Shown piece after piece: positions 58,011-64,000 of a stretch of 64,000 nucleotides of DNA. The stretch lies in contig NC_088812.1 of NCBI RefSeq assembly GCF_011386835.1, forward strand, positions 3,224,001-3,288,000, written 5' to 3'. The DNA comes from Chrysemys picta bellii (Eukaryota). Positions within the stretch are counted from its first letter, which is position 1; every line of letters begins with the position of its first letter. The notes below the pieces were generated by a model. The model was not told the origin of the DNA. It was given only the letters and a program-made list of their open reading frames with translations, and did no database searches. The position numbers and the translations under genes were made by a program.

Positions 58011-59724
58011 TCTTCTCTATGGGCAGCCTTAGAAATTGTCAAGATAATGATGGGTGTTGGATCATGATGGAAACAAAATCTGTTTGTTAAATACCATGCA
58101 GGGGGTGTGCCAGACACCCTCCCCGCACCGTGGCAGATGGAAACCACAGCTGGGCAGCGGGCAGCAATTCAATGTAGGCTCCATGGAAGTTTAATCCACC
58201 TGGGGCCTCCTGGTAGGTGTAATTACAACTTCCTGCTGGCTAAACACAGCTTGTTTGCTTATGGGCGAAGCTAGCTAATGAGTTCTAGCAATAGAAAGTG
58301 AATTCAGGTGCAGCCCAGCCATTGGCAGGGCAAGATTCACTGCCCCCTACCAAGGTGCCGCTCCCCTATCCCAGAGGGAAGAGAGCTCACTCCTGGCTCA
58401 CTCACTCGCCACGCCCTCTGCCAACACTGCTAAACCGGGAGCTGATTTGTGCTAAATAAACTGCCTTTTTGGGTGTTGCAGGCACCTGTCCCACGACCAA
58501 TTTGGCTAAGCCCCAGCAAACTCATATCACGTGGTGGGGGCACCAGATGGGAACGGGCTCTGATCGCTCCTGGGCCGGATCTGAAGTGGCAGCGTAGCCG
58601 TGAAAGGTTCTGAATCCCTCCCCCCTAAGTCTGGGGTTCTCCAGCGGGGGTCATAACAGGTGCTGTGGTGATGCTGCAACCACCTTGCCCTTCCCATAGT
58701 GAGCAGGAGGGGTGTGTGGGAATGGTCCCAATATGGGAAAGGTTGGGAATACCTGACCTAAACTATACAGACCCCTAAAAAACCCTCCAGTCATGTCAGA
58801 GCTCTTGATATCTCAACGGAGACATATCTTCAGCGCTGCCAGAGATGAACCCAAACAGTGGGTCCTCTACGGGACCCCGTGGGGGCTGACAGCGGAGACT
58901 GCCCCTAAACCCTGCAGTGATGCGTGTGGGGGAAGTCTCCCCAAAGGAAAGGTGGGAACCCCATCACTCAGAGGACACTTAAAGCGAGGAACAGGCAAGA
59001 ACAGACTGCAAGGGGACAGGAATCTGGGTGCAGGATCTAATGACCCTTTCCATCCCTCGTGAGTGGAGCAGCTGACCCCAGCAGAGGACTCTGGATCTCA
59101 AGAGCTCATCGCACGGCCTCCAAACTCATTTCAGATGCCGGCTGCTTATTCTGCCTCCTCCCTAAACGTGCCCCCACTGGGTTTGTGAGTTGGGTGTGAG
59201 ATGCTCAGGGCTCCCCTTGCCTGATCCCTAATCACTCAGTGGAGACGCAGCCATCACCCCCCTAGGTGGGCCTGGGAAGTCAACTGCGCTTGACAGTTGG
59301 TCTGTGATGTTTTGTTCTCCAGGGTCCTGGGGGCAGGAGGGGGGTCGCTGTGGAGGAGCGAGTGGGCAGTTCCCATGGCTCAGTTCTGCCCCTTCCAGCT
59401 GATAAAAGGTTTCAAGGACAATTTCAGGAGCAGCCTCCCCCCCGGAAGCTCTGAATGAATGGAAGAGACTGTAAAGGGCCCCCCGGGGAATATTTGAGAA
59501 ATGAGGCCCTGCCCCCTGGTGGTCAGCACTGGTGCTGCGGCGTTGTCCCAAGGGTCAGGGCGTTAATTGGCACCCTGGTAATTAGGTCCCACCTGCCAAG
59601 GAGTCCCCATCCCACACACTTGCAGTTTCATTTGGCTCCAGGAGTTTCCCTCTGGTATTTCCAGATTCTCCGGTAACTGAATTTAAAACAGGGGAGTGCA
59701 AGCTCTCTTTTGGGAGAGAGGCTA

Positions 59725-60095
59725 CACATTAGAGCAGGGTTCCTGGGTTCTATCCCTGGCACTGGGGCCTAATGGATTAGAGAAGGGTGGAGCAGGGAGC
59801 CAGGACTCCTGGGTTCAATCCATGGCTCTGGGAAGGGAATGGTGTATAGAGGGTTAGAGCAGGGGTACTGGGATCTAGGACTCCTGGATTCTATTCACAG
59901 GTTTGGGAGGGGAGTGGGGTCTAGTGATAGGAACAGGGAGTCAGGACTCCTGGGTTCTACCCTGTCTGTGGGAGGGGAGTGGGGTCTAGTGGTTAGAGCA
60001 GGGGTGCTGGGCACCAGGAGTGATTGGAACAGGGAGTCAGGACTCCTGGGTCCTGTTCCAAACTCTGTGAGAGGAAGGGTGGTGCAATGGTTAGG
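59725..60095 (+). repeat. Tandem tRNA-like SINE-head array, more diverged
   Basis: Units with ggactcctgggttcaatcc (canonical B-box) and tctagtggttagagca. Confidence 0.75.
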
Positions 60096-63000
60096 GAGGC
60101 CTGGGTTCAAATCTCTGCTCTCTCCCAGGCTTGGGTGGGCACGTCTCTCTGGCTCACATCCCCAAAGGTGGCTAGGCTCTTAACGTCCACTGAAATCGGT
60201 CTCATGATCCACTGCCCTTCCCCTCCACTCATTCCATTGAGTTTGGTGGAAGTTAGGAGTCTAAATGCCTTAGGATTAATGGGCTAATTATAGCCTGGGA
60301 GGTGCTTTTGTTTGGGTTGCCACCAGGGTGTGGCGCTGGGGCAGGTGGTCTGGATTCACGGTAACTTCCTTAGTGCAGCCCTAGTGAGAGGGCTGGACAG
60401 TAACACTGGGACAGAGGCTTTGAGCCTTAGGTGGCAAAGCAGGACCAGCCTCTAGCGGGTGTTCTGTTCTTCTGGAGCTACAGACAATGGACAGGTCAGT
60501 GGGTGAACGTAGTCTTCTCCCAGGGCTGGGACTAGAGCCAGGAGTCCTCTGTTCCAGACTCCTCTTATCCCCATGGCTCCTTTCAGAGATGGGAGTAGAA
60601 CCTGACTCCTAGTCCCCTCCTAGAGCTGGGAATTGAACCCAGGAGTCCTGATTCCTCGCTTCTCCCCTCACCCCCACAGCTGGGAATAAAACTGTGTCTC
60701 GACTCCCATTTCCCTTCCCCTGCTAGCCCCCACTCCTTCCCAAGGACTAGAGACCTGGAGTTCATCAGGTGAGCGTCTGCTGAGACCACCAGCCACCCCC
60801 CTCCCTGGATACTGTCCCCTTCCCCTCCCCTCCCCTCCCCTCCCCTATCATTCCTGTCCTGAGTTTAAACCAAGTATAGGCTGAGTTGGCGTCTCAACGG
60901 GAACACCTTACTCTGCCTGTAGAACAGGCTGTTCAGGGCATGTGATCCTGTCCCCTTCTCTCTTTCCGCCTTCACCAGGATATTGGCTTGCACAGTCTGA
61001 CGCTCACATGTGCCACATTCCTGGCGGCTCGGAGGAGTAGGAAGAAGAGGAAGGTTTGAGGAGCAGCTTTTCACGGGTTGTAACTCTTGCACAGTAAGAG
61101 CGATAAACAAAAGGCACACCCTCTTTAAAATCCAGCCTCCGCAGCTGCTGTCCCAGGACGTAAAACTGGCCCGTCTGGCTCCTGGTAGCGGAGTCCAGTA
61201 GTTAGAGCAGGGTTGGGGGGGGACTGGGTAGCAGGATTCCTGGGTTCTAGTCTCAGCTCTGGGAGGGGAGAGGGGTCCCATAAGGCACCTGTTCGCTGTA
61301 TAAGTGCATTCACACCAGGGGTTGCACAGGTAGAACTGTCTCTGTACAAAGTCACAGTTCTAGCAATAATTATACTGCACAAAACCGCTGCGCAGAGCAC
61401 AGCCCGAGGTGCCTTGGTCAGACTTGTTAAGTCACAATTGGGGAGACCGTGGCTGGAAGTCTGGGGCCAGGACCAGAGCTCACCTTTTAAAACGGATGTT
61501 GAAAAATCAGAGAGCCACAAAAAGGACACGCACACACACCCCGGCTGGAGGAAAGGTCTGACTGTGAGGCTGAAAGAGCTGGAGCTGTTGAGCTTAGCAA
61601 AACGCTAGCGTGGTGATGAGGTGGCTGTTTCAGCGCCATCACGGGGAGAAAATCCTGGCTCTTTATTCCCGCAGAGACAGGCAGAGCAAACAACAATGAC
61701 TGGAAGCTGAACCATGAGGCACCGATGTTTAAATCCAGCTGCTTGCCCATGGGACAAATGGCCAGGGGTAGGGACGGAATCAGCAGAATTCGATGGCTCT
61801 CCGGCCACGCAGGCGGCCTGTTCTGGAAGCGGCTTTAGGCAAACACGAGTCCCTGGGCTCAGCGCAGGATAACTGGGTGAAGCGTAATGGCCTGCGCTGT
61901 TGGGTCAGACTCCGAGTGGTCCCGTCTGTCCTTAATCTCTATGGATAAAGTTATGGTCGGTGCATGGGCAGAGTTAAGGTTGTTTGGGTGCCTTAACTGT
62001 GGGTTTCCAGCCTTAACACGCTTGGATGTCACTGTGAAAGTCCTGGTGTACAATATCCCTGTCCTGTTTTTACCCTTCGGTTACTGATCTGGACTCTCAA
62101 TCTTAATCCCATACTTAATGTAGGTTTCTTTGCCTTGGTACACGTGTATAGGGACCATGTCACATGCCAGAGCACCCTCTGGAGTGGAACACCTCCGCTG
62201 GTCAGCGTCCCGCAGCAGTCCTCCTCCGAAGAATCCCCCAAGCACTCCGGAACCAGAGTGATGGGAACGGTGTAAACAGCGAGTGGGTGAAAAGGAGATC
62301 ACCGCCACTGGGAGAGCTGGTAGGGAAGCGTGGGGGGCGAACTCCCTGTGGTGGGGTGACACCTCCTGGGGGTACCGAGGGTTGCAAGGCCCCTCGCTAC
62401 CACCTGCCATTAACATGAGGAAGCCGGGTCTGGGCCTGTCAGGGCTCAGCCCCCCGACTCCACCAGCTATAGGTGGGGCTGAGAGCCCCTCTCGGCCGCT
62501 GCCCCGTCTGCAGGTGAGCGAAAGGCACGTGCCAGCCCTGAGCCGGCAGCCTAGCTCCTAGGTGAAAGATTAAACCTCATCCCCTCTCCTCTTCTGTTAT
62601 GCGGCTATGGAATAAGATCCCTTCCCCCAAGAGCCCCCCCCTCCCCTGCCCTTCAGAGACTCCTCTTGGGCTTCTTCTGTCTTTGCAAATCCTCCAGCCC
62701 GCCCCTGGCCCAGACAGCAAAGATAGTTTGTGTCTCGGGTGTCCATTGCTTTATATGCTGACTGAGTTAGCCCTGGGACATGCAATATACACGTACCCAG
62801 ACAGAAAGGGAGGCGTGTCTGTTCCCTCCTGCCTGGGGACCTGCTTTACCATCGCCAATGACCTAGTGCAAAGCCTGGCTCTGCCCCGGGCAGGACGCTG
62901 GCATTGCCACCTCCACTCCTGTGAAAAGGGTTGGGGGTCTTTAACAGCCACAAACTGGCAAGACCTGAGATTTGGCCCGGCGATCGCCCCCCCAGCCGCG

Positions 63001-63519
63001 CTCCCGGCCTCTGAAGTGAGATCAGCGGCGCTGCGTCTGCAGGGGCAGTCCCGTGGGGAAGTTAAGGTCCCACCAGCTCAGAACACGACAACTGCTGCTT
63101 ATCTCGGATTCTCTCCTGCGAGGCGCTGTGGGTACGGGGAGAGACCAGGCACGGGGATTTGTAATAATGAGAAACTCAATGAGTCCAACCACCTGGCTGG
63201 CCCAGCCTTCCAGGTGCTCCAACTACTTCCCTCTTTCTTATCTCTCTGGCACACCCTGCCTCTTCCCTCTGCCATCTTTCTTTGGCCTCGGTGCCAGCTA
63301 AGCCGTTTGGATTGCAAAACAATATCCGTTTGTGTGGCATCCCCAACTCCCGGGCCCAGGAGCTTGTGTAACTGACATCTTATGGCACAACCGACCCCAA
63401 GGTTGGGTGAGATTGGACAGCCTGTCTGTTATGTAAATGATGCCAGCCAGAGGATGGTAAGAGGGCAAGGACATCTGTGTTCATAGGTGGCCAGGGTGAT
63501 GGGCACCAGAGCAAATCCA

Positions 63520-63860
63520 CAGATAGATGAGTGTGCATGGGGGTGCATGGAGGGGGTACATATGGGGATGGATGGAGGGATGCATATGTATAGGATGGGG
63601 GGAGGGTGTGGATGGATGGATAATGGGGCGTGTAGGGGGATAGAGGGGTGTGTGAGGTTGGGAGGATGAATATGGGGATGGATGGGTACTGGGGTGTGTG
63701 AAGGGATGGATGGAGGGTGGGTTTGTGGATGGATGGATAATGGGGCGTGCAGGGGGATAGAAGGGGGTGTGAGGATGGAAGGGTGTATATGGGGATGGAT
63801 GGGTAATGGGTGTTTGAAGGGATGGATGGATAGAGCATGTATGTGGGGATAGAGAGGGTT
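63520..63860 (+). repeat. Purine-rich (GGAT)n-containing tandem repeat
   Basis: ggatggatgga runs; ~130-bp block duplicated. Confidence 0.8.
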
Positions 63861-64000
63861 TTAATAGAGTAACTACCTCAGAATTACCTAATTGTGGAGT
63901 GATGAACTGGCCTGGGGCACAGGCCCCTCCTCACTGGCAGTCTGGGCACAGGTTGGCCAGCTAGGTGCCTCGGTATTTGCTGGGTATGGATAACATCCCA

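Noticed and set aside
62040-62190. Resemblance of KETYIKYGIKIESP to dUTPase motif I-II region
   Set aside because: Motif III (GxIDxxYxG) and the RSG/RSS motif are absent.

Overview
Vertebrate genomic DNA, most likely a turtle: it carries the tRNA/CR1-tail SINE, the Penelope-like element and the Harbinger/hAT MITEs typical of turtles, and much of it is very GC-rich. The window is syntenic with human 19p13.13. Gene order: 5' part of KLF1 (-, runs off the left edge), complete GCDH (+, 11 coding exons, 442 aa), SYCE2 (-, 172 aa as read here), a two-exon single-pass membrane protein gene resembling SMIM44 (+), and complete FARSA (-, 13 exons, 500 aa). Exon boundaries were placed by hand from GT-AG sites and phase continuity. 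Between GCDH and SYCE2 lies a 2.2-kb Tigger (pogo) element with an intact 591-aa transposase ORF. Other repeats: Penelope-like fragments with hammerhead-ribozyme-like motifs (3 copies), CR1 fragments, MIR-like SINEs, MITEs, G-rich minisatellites, and arrays of a tandemised tRNA-like SINE head. Most of the supplied ORF track is GC-rich shadow ORFs. Best leads: the SMIM44-like gene at a locus where human has none, the intact Tigger, the hammerhead motifs, a 17-bp YY1-extended motif repeated 7 times at FARSA and shared with GCDH, and an RFX X-box cluster upstream of FARSA. Family names come from recalled sequence knowledge; no database search was run.
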